From assembly GCA_964604275.1 (NCBI GenBank), contig CAZRYH010000002.1, positions 2,413 to 66,412 of the forward strand: a stretch of 64,000 nucleotides of DNA, read 5' to 3'. The position numbers and the translations under genes are program-made. The first letter of the stretch is position 1; every line of letters begins with the position of its first letter. Of the stretch, positions 1 through 9,300 are shown in pieces. Source of the DNA: an uncultured Gammaproteobacteria bacterium (GTDB taxonomy: Bacteria; Patescibacteriota; Patescibacteriia; 2-12-FULL-60-25). Under the pieces are notes generated by a model. It saw only the letters and a list, made by a program, of their open reading frames with translations, searched no databases and was not told the DNA's origin.

Positions 1-8
1 CGGAGCGT

Positions 9-542
9 TCAAATGAGCAGTTGGCCGTTGTACGTGCTTTCCCACACGGGTTGGTCGAGGTAGAACAGTGTTTCTTTGCCGTTGAAGCGGACAAAGTTTC
101 CTTTATGCTCCACCATGTAGAGCCAATCGCCGCGTTCGTAGGCCGTGGGCCCGCGCAACATCTCAGGGTCCTCGTTTTTACTAAACGCCTCGTTCAGGAA
201 TGTCTCCAACTTCATGACCAAGTCCACGCGTTCCGCCGGACCGAGCCCGCCGAAGATCATTTGGTTTTCGATGGTATGGCCGTTGTACATCATTTCCCAG
301 ATGGCTTCTTCCAAACTGGGATTGGTTTCCGTGTTGCCGAAAACCAGCTCCGTAAAAATGATGCGATACGGAGCCATGGCTTCGCTCGTACCCATGCGCT
401 TTTGCATCATTTGACGATTGTCTTCCAGAAAGCGCCGTATCATCCAGCCTGGGCTGGTTCCGGGTTCGGGTTGCCCGGGTTCGAGCAGCGCCTTATGTGC
501 TTTGAGCAGAAAAAGTTCGAATTTGATGCGTTCGCGTGACAT
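9..542 (-). CDS. hypothetical protein; C-terminus resembles a DUF5680-type domain
   Basis: Track ORF 9..590; first ATG is at 542 (590 is TTG). The C-terminal GDWLYMVEHKGNFVRFNGKE..PVWESTYNG pattern recalls DUF5680. No other motif seen. Confidence 0.45.
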   Translation of the reverse strand: MSRERIKFELFLLKAHKALLEPGQPEPGTSPGWMIRRFLEDNRQMMQKRMGTSEAMAPYRIIFTELVFGNTETNPSLEEAIWEMMYNGHTIENQMIFGGLGPAERVDLVMKLETFLNEAFSKNEDPEMLRGPTAYERGDWLYMVEHKGNFVRFNGKETLFYLDQPVWESTYNGQLLI

Positions 543-786
543 GTTTTGACTCGCTTTTTTGATTGGCAAAGGATCGCGCAACGCCTCCAAACTAGTGGCA
601 AAAGCTCAAAAAGTCAAGAGTCGCGGTATACCAAAAACCGTCCAACGAATCATCGCGGGACGGTTTCTGCAATGCATTGCCAAAAAGGGGAAAGCGGTTT
701 TCTTGGCTCTGCCTGAAGAGTCAAAATGTTTTGACTGCTCGGGTAGGGACGCGATAGGGATCGCGTCTTTTGAGGAGGGTAGGACG

Positions 787-1233
787 TTACGGCTGGAGGT
801 CGAGCATGGAGCGGACGTAATCGGGATCGAGGTTGACTCCGAGCCACAGTCCGTCCGTGAGATCGCCGCCACCACAGCCGCCATCGTAGTGTCCGCTTTC
901 GGATTGCATCTCCAGGATGAAATCCTCATCGGCACCGTAGGAGCGCATTCGTTCGATTGCGGCCTCTGGGCTGTGGGCGAGTGCCGTCGCGCCGTCTTCT
1001 TCGTTGCTTGCCCATTCGCGGCCATCGATCTCGTGTAGGAGGTCGAAGATTCGCGCGTTGGGTCCGACCAGAGCTAGGGGAACGGTCAGATAAATCTGTC
1101 CGCCCCAATCGCCTTCGAGCACCAGCCAATAGCCGGTGGCATCTTCGATGGCGAAGCGCTCGCGGTCGGAAAGGGTGGTGTCGCTGGACGGGTAGAAGCA
1201 GACCGGCTTGGCGGTCTTTTCAGAATCGGTCAT
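787..1233 (-). CDS. hypothetical acidic protein
   Basis: Track ORF 787..1281; internal ATG at 1233 (MTDSEK) is preceded by AAGGA. No motif recognised. Confidence 0.45.
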   Translation of the reverse strand: MTDSEKTAKPVCFYPSSDTTLSDRERFAIEDATGYWLVLEGDWGGQIYLTVPLALVGPNARIFDLLHEIDGREWASNEEDGATALAHSPEAAIERMRSYGADEDFILEMQSESGHYDGGCGGGDLTDGLWLGVNLDPDYVRSMLDLQP

Positions 1234-1337
1234 GCCGACATCCTTGTAAGGTGGGGAGGATTCCCCGCAACGAAAGTCCAAATTTCGACTTCCGTTGCGG
1301 GCAACCGAGTTACCTCGGTTTCCGTCTGATGAATCGG

Positions 1338-1901
1338 TTAGGATAGACCGACCATCATCGCGGCTCCGCGCAAATAATCGTTGGCTTTTTTGTAGCCGCT
1401 TTCGACATCCGCATTTTCAGAAAAACGCAGGATGTCAGAATGTTTGCCGATTTTATTTTTAAGATTCACGGTCTGATCCAAGTCGCGTTTGCCGGTTTGC
1501 ATGAGTTCCGTGCATTTTTGCCCCAGTTCGCACGCTTCCTGCGTGGCTTGGTCCAAAATATTTTTTACGGTTTGGGTGGGGATGGCTTGCATCCAGGTTT
1601 TGGCGTAACCCGGAACTCGATCGCTGATTTTTCCGACGGCCGCCAATTTGCAGGTCGGGTCATCGCTGCCTAAATAATCGAGTATTTCGGCGTAAGCGTC
1701 GAACCAGTTTTCCGTCTCGTCCGGCACCGCCACCTCTGGCAATTCAGTCTGTGTCATCCGCACCTCGGGTTTTGTGTCCTCGGTTTTGAGCGGCACGACG
1801 AAGCCTTGGTTTTGTTCCGTGACCTTTTCGGTCTTCGGGGTTTGGTTGCGGCGAACGGTTTCCGATGTGGAAGGACGTTCGAATGATTTGAAGAAATTCA
1901 T
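1338..1901 (-). CDS. hypothetical protein
   Basis: 187-aa ORF, same strand and close spacing with its neighbours. No motif recognised. Confidence 0.45.
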   Translation of the reverse strand: MNFFKSFERPSTSETVRRNQTPKTEKVTEQNQGFVVPLKTEDTKPEVRMTQTELPEVAVPDETENWFDAYAEILDYLGSDDPTCKLAAVGKISDRVPGYAKTWMQAIPTQTVKNILDQATQEACELGQKCTELMQTGKRDLDQTVNLKNKIGKHSDILRFSENADVESGYKKANDYLRGAAMMVGLS

Positions 1902-1911
1902 ATGGGATTGA

Positions 1912-2970
1912 TTACCATCCGCTGACTATTCGCGTCTCGAGAAGATCTTCGTCGCGTAGGTTTTTGATCAGGCTTTCGGCTTCTGCGTGTCCCAAGCGGA
2001 CCACGTTGGAACCCACGTGTATGACTACTGTTTCAATATTATCTTCGATGTGTTTGTTGATTTGTCCGATAAATCCGTTGCGCAGTTCTTCAGGAGTGAG
2101 ATTGGATGCAGATTCAATGTTCTCATCCTGCCAGGGGGTGTCGTCGGATGGATTTTCCTCAAATTCCTTTTTGTAAGCCTCCAAATCTCCGTGGCCGGCC
2201 AAAATACACAAGCCGCCTGTTCCCGAATCCGAAAGTTTGTCGTCGATGGAATAGTTGCGGTAACGCTCCTTGATTTTCCCGGCGGACATGACCCACAGGT
2301 TGGGATAGTTGCCGTATGAGACTATCAGCTCTTGTTCGTCGATGAATGAATCCAGTTCTTTGAGTCGGGCTTGTGCGTAATGCTGCAGCCGGGCATCCGT
2401 CTCGAGAGCGTCCGAGACCATGACCACGTCCTCGTGAGGAACGTCATTCCCGGCCAACAGCTCGGCATAATGCGAACGGATGGAAGCGGCGGCTTTTTCC
2501 GCCGTGGTTTTGACCGCATGCGAATCAGAGGTGTACAGATACACTTCGCGTTGGCCGTCTTTGGAAGTCAGATCAACCAGCAAATCCTGTATGTGCGATC
2601 TGGTGAATTCGGCTATATGCGCGTGGTTGGATACGTATTTATGGTCCGTAGCAGTGGCGTTTTCCAGATGCGCCAAATAATTCGTGATGCCATCCTGGAT
2701 GCGCAACTCTTCCGGGGTCTGCAAATCGCGATCCTCCACGCGTTGGGCCCATGCGCGCCAATTCTGCCACTGCGCGGTTTGTTCCTGGTTCATTCCGCCC
2801 TCGGATTCAAAACGCGTTGATGTGTTTTCAGGTTTATTTTCATGGACCGCTTGGTCCTTGGATTGGTCGGCGACGATCGTCGCGCAGTCGAATTTGTTGG
2901 TCATATTCGTCTTCGGCACACCATGACAAGCTCGATGTGCTGAAGACGAAGGACGGCTAGATTCAGCCAT
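1912..2970 (-). CDS. hypothetical protein
   Basis: 352-aa ORF (alternative ATG at 2904). Acidic, no motif recognised. Confidence 0.5.
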   Translation of the reverse strand: MAESSRPSSSAHRACHGVPKTNMTNKFDCATIVADQSKDQAVHENKPENTSTRFESEGGMNQEQTAQWQNWRAWAQRVEDRDLQTPEELRIQDGITNYLAHLENATATDHKYVSNHAHIAEFTRSHIQDLLVDLTSKDGQREVYLYTSDSHAVKTTAEKAAASIRSHYAELLAGNDVPHEDVVMVSDALETDARLQHYAQARLKELDSFIDEQELIVSYGNYPNLWVMSAGKIKERYRNYSIDDKLSDSGTGGLCILAGHGDLEAYKKEFEENPSDDTPWQDENIESASNLTPEELRNGFIGQINKHIEDNIETVVIHVGSNVVRLGHAEAESLIKNLRDEDLLETRIVSGW

Positions 2971-3096
2971 CCGAGGTCAGGGCTCTGCTTCCCTAGACTC
3001 ACCACTTCGCAGGTGACTCGCCCGTGCTTTTACGGCCATGGATTTTGGCCAACCGCGTTTAACGCGGGGTTTTGGGTTGGAAAGCGAGAGTGCGAT

Positions 3097-3300
3097 CTAG
3101 CGACGGCGCTGGCCTCCGGTGGGAGTCAGCACGGCCAGTGGATTCCTTCCGCAGCAGACCTTGCGGGCCTCGCGACCCAGGTTGTGCATCCGGTTCCTAT
3201 CCAGGCCTAGGATTCCGAGCGCTTCGATATAGCGTTCGTCTTCCCTTTGCCGCCCGTTCCATACCGCCAACACCACCAACTGCGCATCAGACTTGCTCAT
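3097..3300 (-). CDS. small hypothetical protein
   Basis: ATG at 3300 (MSKSDAQ) is preceded by AAGGGAGGACGG, a Shine-Dalgarno-like sequence. 67 aa, no motif. Confidence 0.3.
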   Translation of the reverse strand: MSKSDAQLVVLAVWNGRQREDERYIEALGILGLDRNRMHNLGREARKVCCGRNPLAVLTPTGGQRRR

Positions 3301-3864
3301 CCGTCCTCCCTTGCGGCTCACCATCTCTCCTCGATGACGAGCCATACGGGAGACCCGAACTTTTGGTTCGGCTCCTCCTGTCCTCCCCCATGTAGGCTTT
3401 TGGCCTGATGGGAACGAATGTCGCAGTCCGTGTCAGAATGCGGCGTTCGTTTTGCCAATGACGATGCTTATCTTCATTGTCCGACGCGACGTGTTCGCTT
3501 TTCTGGGGGCGGAAACCGCCCGCTTTTTGGCCCGAATGAACGGGACGAAAGGCTACAGACGTTGGCATCAGAAGTCCGCCTGAGGCGAACCGCTAAATTG
3601 AATTGATTTGAATGAACTGCGTCTCATCCGGACAAGCACGTCGGACGATTCGCGCCTTTTTTGGCATTCGGCTTTTCAACCGAATGATGGACGATAACAC
3701 AACTTTAAGATTCTGTCAAGAGTGGCTGGACAGTTTTAGGGCCCGTTTTTCTAAGGGCTTAATTTAGCCAAAAACCCGCTTTTTACCTGTCAAAACCCAC
3801 TTTCCATGCAAAAGTACGTTGTACGCGGTACGTGGTACGAACCCACTGTCCGTCAACCGCACCG

Positions 3865-3893
3865 TTGACAAAACCCCAAAAAAGTGTTATAGT
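3865..3893 (+). promoter_or_regulatory. sigma70-like promoter (TTGACA-17-TATAGT)
   Basis: TTGACA at 3865..3870, 17-nt spacer, TATAGT at 3888..3893. It lies about 105 nt upstream of the ATG at 4000. Confidence 0.45.
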
Positions 3894-3999
3894 CGAACGT
3901 ATTTTGCTCGAAGTGTCGGGCAGATACCGTGCGTTCCGGCGAGGCATGTTGCCAAACCCAAGGATGCACGTCCGCCGCAAAAGGAAAGGAAAAATCAAA

Positions 4000-5043
4000 A
4001 TGGCGGAAGCACTGTTCAGGAAGGAAAAGATCGATCGTACGTTCGACAGTCAGTTCAAACGAAAAGGAAGTTTGATTTCAGATGTGGGCACTGGTATCGG
4101 TGCCGTGGCCATGGGCGCAGCTGCCCATTGTTCGATGCTCGTGTTGTCGCGTTACGGCTTCGTCGCCATCAGCGACCTGACGGCGGTGATCGGAGAAGCG
4201 GTATCGGTACTCCTGGCATTGGGTGGTTTCGGAATCATCTGCGCAAGCGAAGCACGACCTCCACGCCAGTCCGGTGATTTTCACTGCGGCTCCGGCGGGG
4301 GTGGCTCGTGCGGCGGCTCAGGAAAGTCGACTTGCCACAAGGAACGTAGGCGCCCTGAATGGATCGGGGTCAATTGCTTCCTGGCGAGCGGTATCGTTTC
4401 CATGTTCGGCGCTTTCGCGATGATGTGCAGCGCGTCGTCTACGTGGATGGCCATGGGTATCGTGTTGTATACGTGCAGTGCCATCCTCTTCGGACTCGCT
4501 GGGTTCTTCGGCCTCTGGGGCATGTTCGAACCCGTCATCTCATGCGACAAGCGCAGCGGCGGACCAGACAGCGGCTCGTCATGCAGCGGCAGCGACAAGC
4601 GCGGCGCAAAATACTGCTCCGCGACCTCGGACGTGGTCGAGTGTGTGTCTATCGATAGCCGCACCGACAACGTCTACACCTGCAGCCGCAACAGGCTCGC
4701 GCCCGCCAGCGGCGGATGCGCGTGCAAGAAGCCCTGCGAGGTCTGCAGGTGCGAGCTCGAGCGCAACTCTTCGCATTCTGACAGCGGGACCGCCAAGGCG
4801 GATTCCGCTCTCGGAAGCGACACCGAAGGCACCGGCGCTACGGATCGCATCATGCAGTCCGTGGACGGCCTTGTGGCCAAGCTCGCGCAGCTCATGTTCC
4901 CGACGGAGAACACCCGCGAATTCGCATTCGCTTCCGACGGCGGCCCCTACGGACGTGGCGGACCGTTCGGCGGCAAGTTGAACTGCGACGGCGGACCGTT
5001 CGGACGCGGTGGCCCCTTTGGCCGCGGCGGACCGTTCGGCTGA
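4000..5043 (+). CDS. Cys-rich multi-pass membrane protein with C-terminal GGPFGR repeats
   Basis: ATG at 4000 follows AAGGAAAGGA. About four hydrophobic helices, Gly/Ser/Cys-rich loops, and a C-terminus of GGPYGRGGPFGG..GGPFGRGGPFGRGGPFG. Confidence 0.6.
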   Translation: MAEALFRKEKIDRTFDSQFKRKGSLISDVGTGIGAVAMGAAAHCSMLVLSRYGFVAISDLTAVIGEAVSVLLALGGFGIICASEARPPRQSGDFHCGSGGGGSCGGSGKSTCHKERRRPEWIGVNCFLASGIVSMFGAFAMMCSASSTWMAMGIVLYTCSAILFGLAGFFGLWGMFEPVISCDKRSGGPDSGSSCSGSDKRGAKYCSATSDVVECVSIDSRTDNVYTCSRNRLAPASGGCACKKPCEVCRCELERNSSHSDSGTAKADSALGSDTEGTGATDRIMQSVDGLVAKLAQLMFPTENTREFAFASDGGPYGRGGPFGGKLNCDGGPFGRGGPFGRGGPFG

Positions 5044-5073
5044 TCGATGGATTGACAGAGCCCGTTTCCTGAC

Positions 5074-5103
5074 AAAAAAATGACGCCGAGTTGAATCGGC
5101 GCC
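5074..5103 (-). terminator. rho-independent terminator downstream of the TrmB-like gene
   Basis: Minus-strand hairpin GGCGCCGA..TCGGCGTC followed by a T7 run. Confidence 0.4.
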
Positions 5104-5157
5104 ACGCATCTCATAGAGGCTCGGTGACTACGCCGGGCCTCTTCTAATTGCCGATTT

Positions 5158-5895
5158 TTACGTTTGGTCCCAGGCCATCTGGAACATGCAGCGTATGGCT
5201 TGGGCGATTTCTTGGTTTTCTATCAGCACGCCCATGATTTTATTGCCTTTATAAGACGCCAAGCTGACCTTGTCGCCAAAGACCGTAATCTCGCCTTCGA
5301 AGTCGATGTCTTTGCGCGTGATGTTTTTGATCCTGGTGCTTTTGCGTGTAGGAACCGTTTTGTCCCGCGTCAGCACCAAGGCCCGCGTCTGGACGTTGTG
5401 TTTATCCAAGTTCGCTTTTATGGGCAAGAGATCCTCGTCCGTGAAGACTCTGGAAACCGCGTCATCGTTTACGAAATCGTCGACTTTTTTGGTTTGCGAT
5501 TTGGCCATCTCTTCGGACATAGCCAAGATGCCTTCTTTGCCTTCAAACATCTTCACCACTGGTTTTTCGCCGCGCTGCAAGAGCTTGAGTTCGTCGGCCG
5601 CGGTTTTGATTTCCTTGACCGTGGCTTCCATCATCTTGAGTTTGGCTTCGGCCACGGAGCGCAAACGTTCCGGGGATTCGGCCGCGTACAATTGTTTCTT
5701 GCCCTTTTCAACCGAACTCATCAAACCTTGTTTGACCAGTGAATCGATGGCCGTATAGATGGCTTGCCGCGAGAGCTTGGTCTTGTTGCCGATCTCTATG
5801 ACCGTGCTGGGGCCGAGCTCCAAGGCCGCGATGTACGTTTTGATTTCACTATCCAAGAAACCCAATGAACGCAGGGTGGGGGAAATGTCTCGCAT
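5158..5895 (-). CDS. TrmB-family transcriptional regulator
   Basis: N-terminal wHTH LGFLDSEIKTYIAALELGPSTVIEIGNKTKLSRQAIYTAIDSLVKQG plus a TrmB-like C-terminal domain. ATG at 5895 (track ORF extends to 6024). Confidence 0.7.
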   Translation of the reverse strand: MRDISPTLRSLGFLDSEIKTYIAALELGPSTVIEIGNKTKLSRQAIYTAIDSLVKQGLMSSVEKGKKQLYAAESPERLRSVAEAKLKMMEATVKEIKTAADELKLLQRGEKPVVKMFEGKEGILAMSEEMAKSQTKKVDDFVNDDAVSRVFTDEDLLPIKANLDKHNVQTRALVLTRDKTVPTRKSTRIKNITRKDIDFEGEITVFGDKVSLASYKGNKIMGVLIENQEIAQAIRCMFQMAWDQT

Positions 5896-5931
5896 ATGGC
5901 GAACATTATAAACAATTAGCAGATGAAGGTC

Positions 5932-6052
5932 CACAGCGAGTCGCAGTTCACAGTCGCAGTATGGAGACGTGAGCAGCAAACAAAAATCCCCCGAAGGGGA
6001 CTTTGAATCTTTCAACCTACCCACTGTGACTGCGAACTAAGCACTGCGACTG
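5932..6052. repeat. inverted AGTCGCAGT/ACTGCGACT repeat pairs flanking the rny terminator hairpin
   Basis: AGTCGCAGT occurs twice at 5938..5960 and ACTGCGA(C/A)T twice at 6026..6051. The hairpin TCCCC-cgaa-GGGGA at 5987..6000 has a T-run on the minus strand. Confidence 0.5.
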
Positions 6053-6053
6053 T

Positions 6054-7586
6054 TTATCTCGCGTATTCGATGATCCTGGTTTCCCTGATGAGAGTGACGC
6101 GGATTTCGCCGGGGTATTTGAGTTCGGCTTCGATTTTAGCCGCAACTTCGCGGGCCATGCTCAAGGCGGTGAAATCATCCACGACCTTGGGGTTCACGAA
6201 CACGCGGATTTCGCGGCCGGCTTGGATGGCATAGACCTTGTCCACGCCTTCGAAGGAAGAAGCCACGGCTTCGAGCTCTTCCAAGCGTTTGACGTATTGC
6301 TCCAAGGAGTCCTTGCGCGCTCCGGGACGAGCGCCGGAAATTGCGTCCGCAGCTTTGACGATGACGCCTTCCAAAGTGTGCGGTTTGTCTTCGTGGTGCG
6401 CTATGCATTGGTACCAGACTTCTTCTGGGAAACCGAATTTTTTGAGGATTTGCACGCCCAATTCCGGGTGTCCGCCTTGCATGTCGTGGTCGACCGCCTT
6501 ACCGATGTCGTGGAACAAGCCGCCCTTCTTACAGACCGCCACGTTGGCGCCCAATTCCTCGGCCAATAGGGACGCGATCAAAGCCACTTCGATGGAGTGC
6601 TGCAAGGCGCTCTGGCCGTATGAGGTGCGGTATTTCAAGCGGCCCAGGATTTGTACGAGTTTGGGATCGATACCAGCCATTGAAATGCCCAATTGGAACA
6701 GGGCGTCTTCGCCGGCCTTTTTGATGTCCAACGACAATTCCTTTTTGGCCTCGTCCACGGATTCTTCGATGCGTCCCGGGTGAATGCGTCCGTCTGAGAT
6801 GAGCTTGTCCAAAGCGCGCTTGGCCACTTGGCGGCGGATGGGGGAGAAGCCCGAAACTGTGATCATGTTCGGGGTGTCGTCGATGATGAGTTCGCAACCG
6901 GTCAGCAGTTCCAAAGTCTTGATGTTGCGCCCTTCGCGACCGATGATGCGGCCTTTCATCTCATCGCCAGGCAACTCCACGTGAGTGGTCGTGGTTTCCA
7001 CCACATGCGAAGCCGCGATGCGTTGCACGGCCACGCCCAGGATGTTGCGCGCGCGGCGCTCGATTTCGTCGGCTTCCTGCTGTTCGAGCTTGCGCACCCG
7101 GCTCATGATCGTGTCTTGGGATTGTTCCTCGACCAACGACAAAATGCGCTCCACGGCTTGGTCTCGGGTCAGACCCGCGACCTCTTCGAGCTTGGTGATC
7201 TCTTGGGCTTTGAGTTCTTCAACGCTTTGGATCTTATCTTTGAGTTCTTTTGATTGGTCTTCCAGTTTCTGCTTGATGGAATCCACCTCCAGCATCTTGG
7301 AGCCGAAAGCGGTTTCGCGTTCCACGAGTGATGCCTGTTGTTTCTTCAGTTCCTCGTTCATGCGCTTCTCTTCCAGACGCGCTTCCTCGAGGATTTTGAT
7401 GGCCTTATCCTTGGCCTTGACCATCACTTCCTGTTCCTTGTTCTCTGCCGCCTTGACCATCTGCTCGGCTTTGGATTTGGCGTCCTCAAGCGTGGCTTTG
7501 GCCTTTTTGGCTTTGGAGTCGGCCATGTACCAAACGGCTCCGCCGCCCAGTCCCAGGCCCACGACTAACGCAATAAGTTCGTACAT
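6054..7586 (-). CDS. rny: ribonuclease Y
   Basis: N-terminal TM helix, long coiled coil, KH (GREGRNIKTLE) and HD (LFHDIGK, HHEDKPH) domains. Confidence 0.95.
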   Translation of the reverse strand: MYELIALVVGLGLGGGAVWYMADSKAKKAKATLEDAKSKAEQMVKAAENKEQEVMVKAKDKAIKILEEARLEEKRMNEELKKQQASLVERETAFGSKMLEVDSIKQKLEDQSKELKDKIQSVEELKAQEITKLEEVAGLTRDQAVERILSLVEEQSQDTIMSRVRKLEQQEADEIERRARNILGVAVQRIAASHVVETTTTHVELPGDEMKGRIIGREGRNIKTLELLTGCELIIDDTPNMITVSGFSPIRRQVAKRALDKLISDGRIHPGRIEESVDEAKKELSLDIKKAGEDALFQLGISMAGIDPKLVQILGRLKYRTSYGQSALQHSIEVALIASLLAEELGANVAVCKKGGLFHDIGKAVDHDMQGGHPELGVQILKKFGFPEEVWYQCIAHHEDKPHTLEGVIVKAADAISGARPGARKDSLEQYVKRLEELEAVASSFEGVDKVYAIQAGREIRVFVNPKVVDDFTALSMAREVAAKIEAELKYPGEIRVTLIRETRIIEYAR

Positions 7587-7867
7587 AATTGGTACGCTCG
7601 GCAGACCGGTCGCATCTTTAGCCTAAGACAAACGTCGGAACACCCATTCCATGTGACACTTGTGATTCTGTGTTTTTCCCGCTAATTAAGCCTATTTCTT
7701 TGGGAATCCACTAATATCGTCGGAAGGCGAAAAGTTGCTATGCGACCGCAGATGCTTTACCGGTTCAGCCGAGACGGATTATTGAAATTGAATGCACGGC
7801 CAGAATACCAAAGGCAGGGGGTTTTGGCAACCAGGGGTTTTGGATAAAAAAAGAAGCCCGTAGGGCT

Positions 7868-8104
7868 TTAGGAGTTGTCGAGCTTGTAGCGAGCCCGACC
7901 TATGGACATGAGTACCCGTTGGTATTCTTCGAGCAAACGTTGGCTCTCCCGGTCGTCCAGGGGTTTGGGTCCTGGCGATGTTGGGTCAGCGCGGTACGCC
8001 GCCGCTGACTCCTTGTGGAATGAGAGTCGTCTGGAGATTCTGGTCTTGCGCGACTCCAGCCACACGAGCTTTAGCGTTAGCCAAAAACGGGTCAGCCAGT
8101 TCAC
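7868..8104 (-). CDS. hypothetical small protein
   Basis: 78-aa ORF. GTG start overlaps the upstream stop codon (GTGA). Terminator-like hairpin at 7845..7868. Confidence 0.35.
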   Translation of the reverse strand: MNWLTRFWLTLKLVWLESRKTRISRRLSFHKESAAAYRADPTSPGPKPLDDRESQRLLEEYQRVLMSIGRARYKLDNS

Positions 8105-8388
8105 ATCCGGGTCCGGCTTCGTGGGGCTTTGGCCTCAGCGCGAGCGAGATATCGGAGTTCGAGCTTGTCCATGAAGTCGAACAGCAGAGGTACGGACAAT
8201 CCGTACAGCACTACCTCGGCCAGTACGATGGGCGCCAGGAGGCTGGGGAAGAGGAGGATCGGAACCAGGAACGACAGGGCTACGACGATTCCGACGCCAG
8301 TGGCCATGGCCAGGACGGTCAATTCCCTCCGAATCGTAGTCGGGGAAGCGAGTTTGCTTTGGTCGGGCGTCAAAGGTCTTTCGTGCAT
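8101..8388 (-). CDS. hypothetical membrane protein
   Basis: ATG at 8388 (MHERPL). Two hydrophobic helices. Confidence 0.4.
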   Translation of the reverse strand: MHERPLTPDQSKLASPTTIRRELTVLAMATGVGIVVALSFLVPILLFPSLLAPIVLAEVVLYGLSVPLLFDFMDKLELRYLARAEAKAPRSRTRM

Positions 8389-8477
8389 CTTTTCACCATG
8401 CGTCTTTGGTTTTGGACAGCTCGGGTATATCACATTTTTCGTGATTGGTCAATGGGGCTGTCCCATGTTTGAACCTT

Positions 8478-8663
8478 TCACTGGTTTGCCGTCCGGGCTT
8501 TTTCTTGAACCTCGTTGGCATGCCCCCAAATTTCCATGAGTATCTTTCGGTCGTGCCGTTTGGCGACACGTTTGAGGGCAAGGATCCAAACGACGTACGT
8601 GATGAGGAACGCCACTGATCCTGTCAGCACTAGAACCGAAAAGCTTGCGACCACATTGTCCAT
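8478..8663 (-). CDS. small single-pass membrane protein
   Basis: ATG at 8663 (MDNVVASFSVLVL..) after AAAGG. One TM helix. Confidence 0.35.
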   Translation of the reverse strand: MDNVVASFSVLVLTGSVAFLITYVVWILALKRVAKRHDRKILMEIWGHANEVQEKARTANQ

Positions 8664-8801
8664 GTCGGCGCCTTTGTTGTTGGTGGAAGGGGCGTGCGGA
8701 TGCCAATTTATATTCCAAAATTGATGCTGGGTCAATCACTATTCCATAAAAAAAGCCCTGGTGGGCTCGGTAGTATTTGTGGATTCGAAGTCGTCGAAGG
8801 T

Positions 8802-9176
8802 TCAGTGGCCGACCAGCCTGAGGAGATCCTCGAGATCGCCTTGAATCGAGAACGGGGACATACCGGATTCTTCGCGGTAGAACGACGACTTTATCGGCAA
8901 CTTGTCCAAGTCGATGCCGATCCTTTGGCTCAACAAGGTCAGACGACGTTTCTCGGTGTCATCGGGCGGATTGTGTTCGAGGAACACGAGTTCCAGCGTC
9001 TCGCCAGATTCGAAGTCCTGACACATGGCAAGCACGCGTTGCGACTGTTCCGCCACCCACCGTTCGTCTTCCTGGGCTTGTTGGCTCAGGATTTCCGCAT
9101 GGGCTTTTTCCGCGCTTTGCTTGAGGGCATCGCGGATCTGGTCTTTGATGCTAGGCTGCGATTTGGTTTCGGTCAT
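8802..9176 (-). CDS. hypothetical acidic protein
   Basis: ATG at 9176 preceded by GGAGG. 124 aa, no motif. Confidence 0.45.
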   Translation of the reverse strand: MTETKSQPSIKDQIRDALKQSAEKAHAEILSQQAQEDERWVAEQSQRVLAMCQDFESGETLELVFLEHNPPDDTEKRRLTLLSQRIGIDLDKLPIKSSFYREESGMSPFSIQGDLEDLLRLVGH

Positions 9177-9300
9177 GCCTGCCTCCGTGTCGGTTTTCAG
9201 GTCCAAGGATCGTATTGTTACGGTTAAAATAACTATCATTCTTTAGTCTAAATGTCAATCCTTGGCCAATACAAAAAACCCTTTTTACAAGGGTTTTGAT

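Noticed and set aside
3418-3606. The ORF fragment ..FANDDAYLH.. looked briefly like a tmRNA tag (ANDENYALAA-like), and a GGTTCGG..CCCCCA stretch lies nearby at 3365..3390.
   Set aside because: The reading frame continues for dozens of codons with no hydrophobic ..LAA stop. I found no tRNA-like acceptor/T-arm with a 7-nt loop and no 5' GGGG partner. The resemblance is most likely chance.
4478-5109. Alternative ORFs 4478..4981 (+) and 4579..5109 (-) overlap the 3' half of the membrane-protein gene.
   Set aside because: They are Ala/Arg/Ser-rich translations of a GC-rich repeat-containing region. The 4000..5043 frame has a Shine-Dalgarno sequence, a promoter, and coherent TM helices.
6985-7626. 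Long antisense or alternative-frame ORFs lie inside confident genes. Examples: 6985..7626 (+) in rny; 14457..15590 (+) in the SPFH gene; 16400..16909 (-), 17199..17903 (-) and 17417..18310 (-) in infB/trxA; 38096..39253 (+) in the aminotransferase gene; 20503..21324 (+); 29827..30525 (+); 31763..32506 (+).
   Set aside because: These are shadow ORFs typical of GC-rich coding DNA. Their products are low-complexity (Arg/Ala/Gly/His-rich), and the opposite-strand genes carry clear family motifs.
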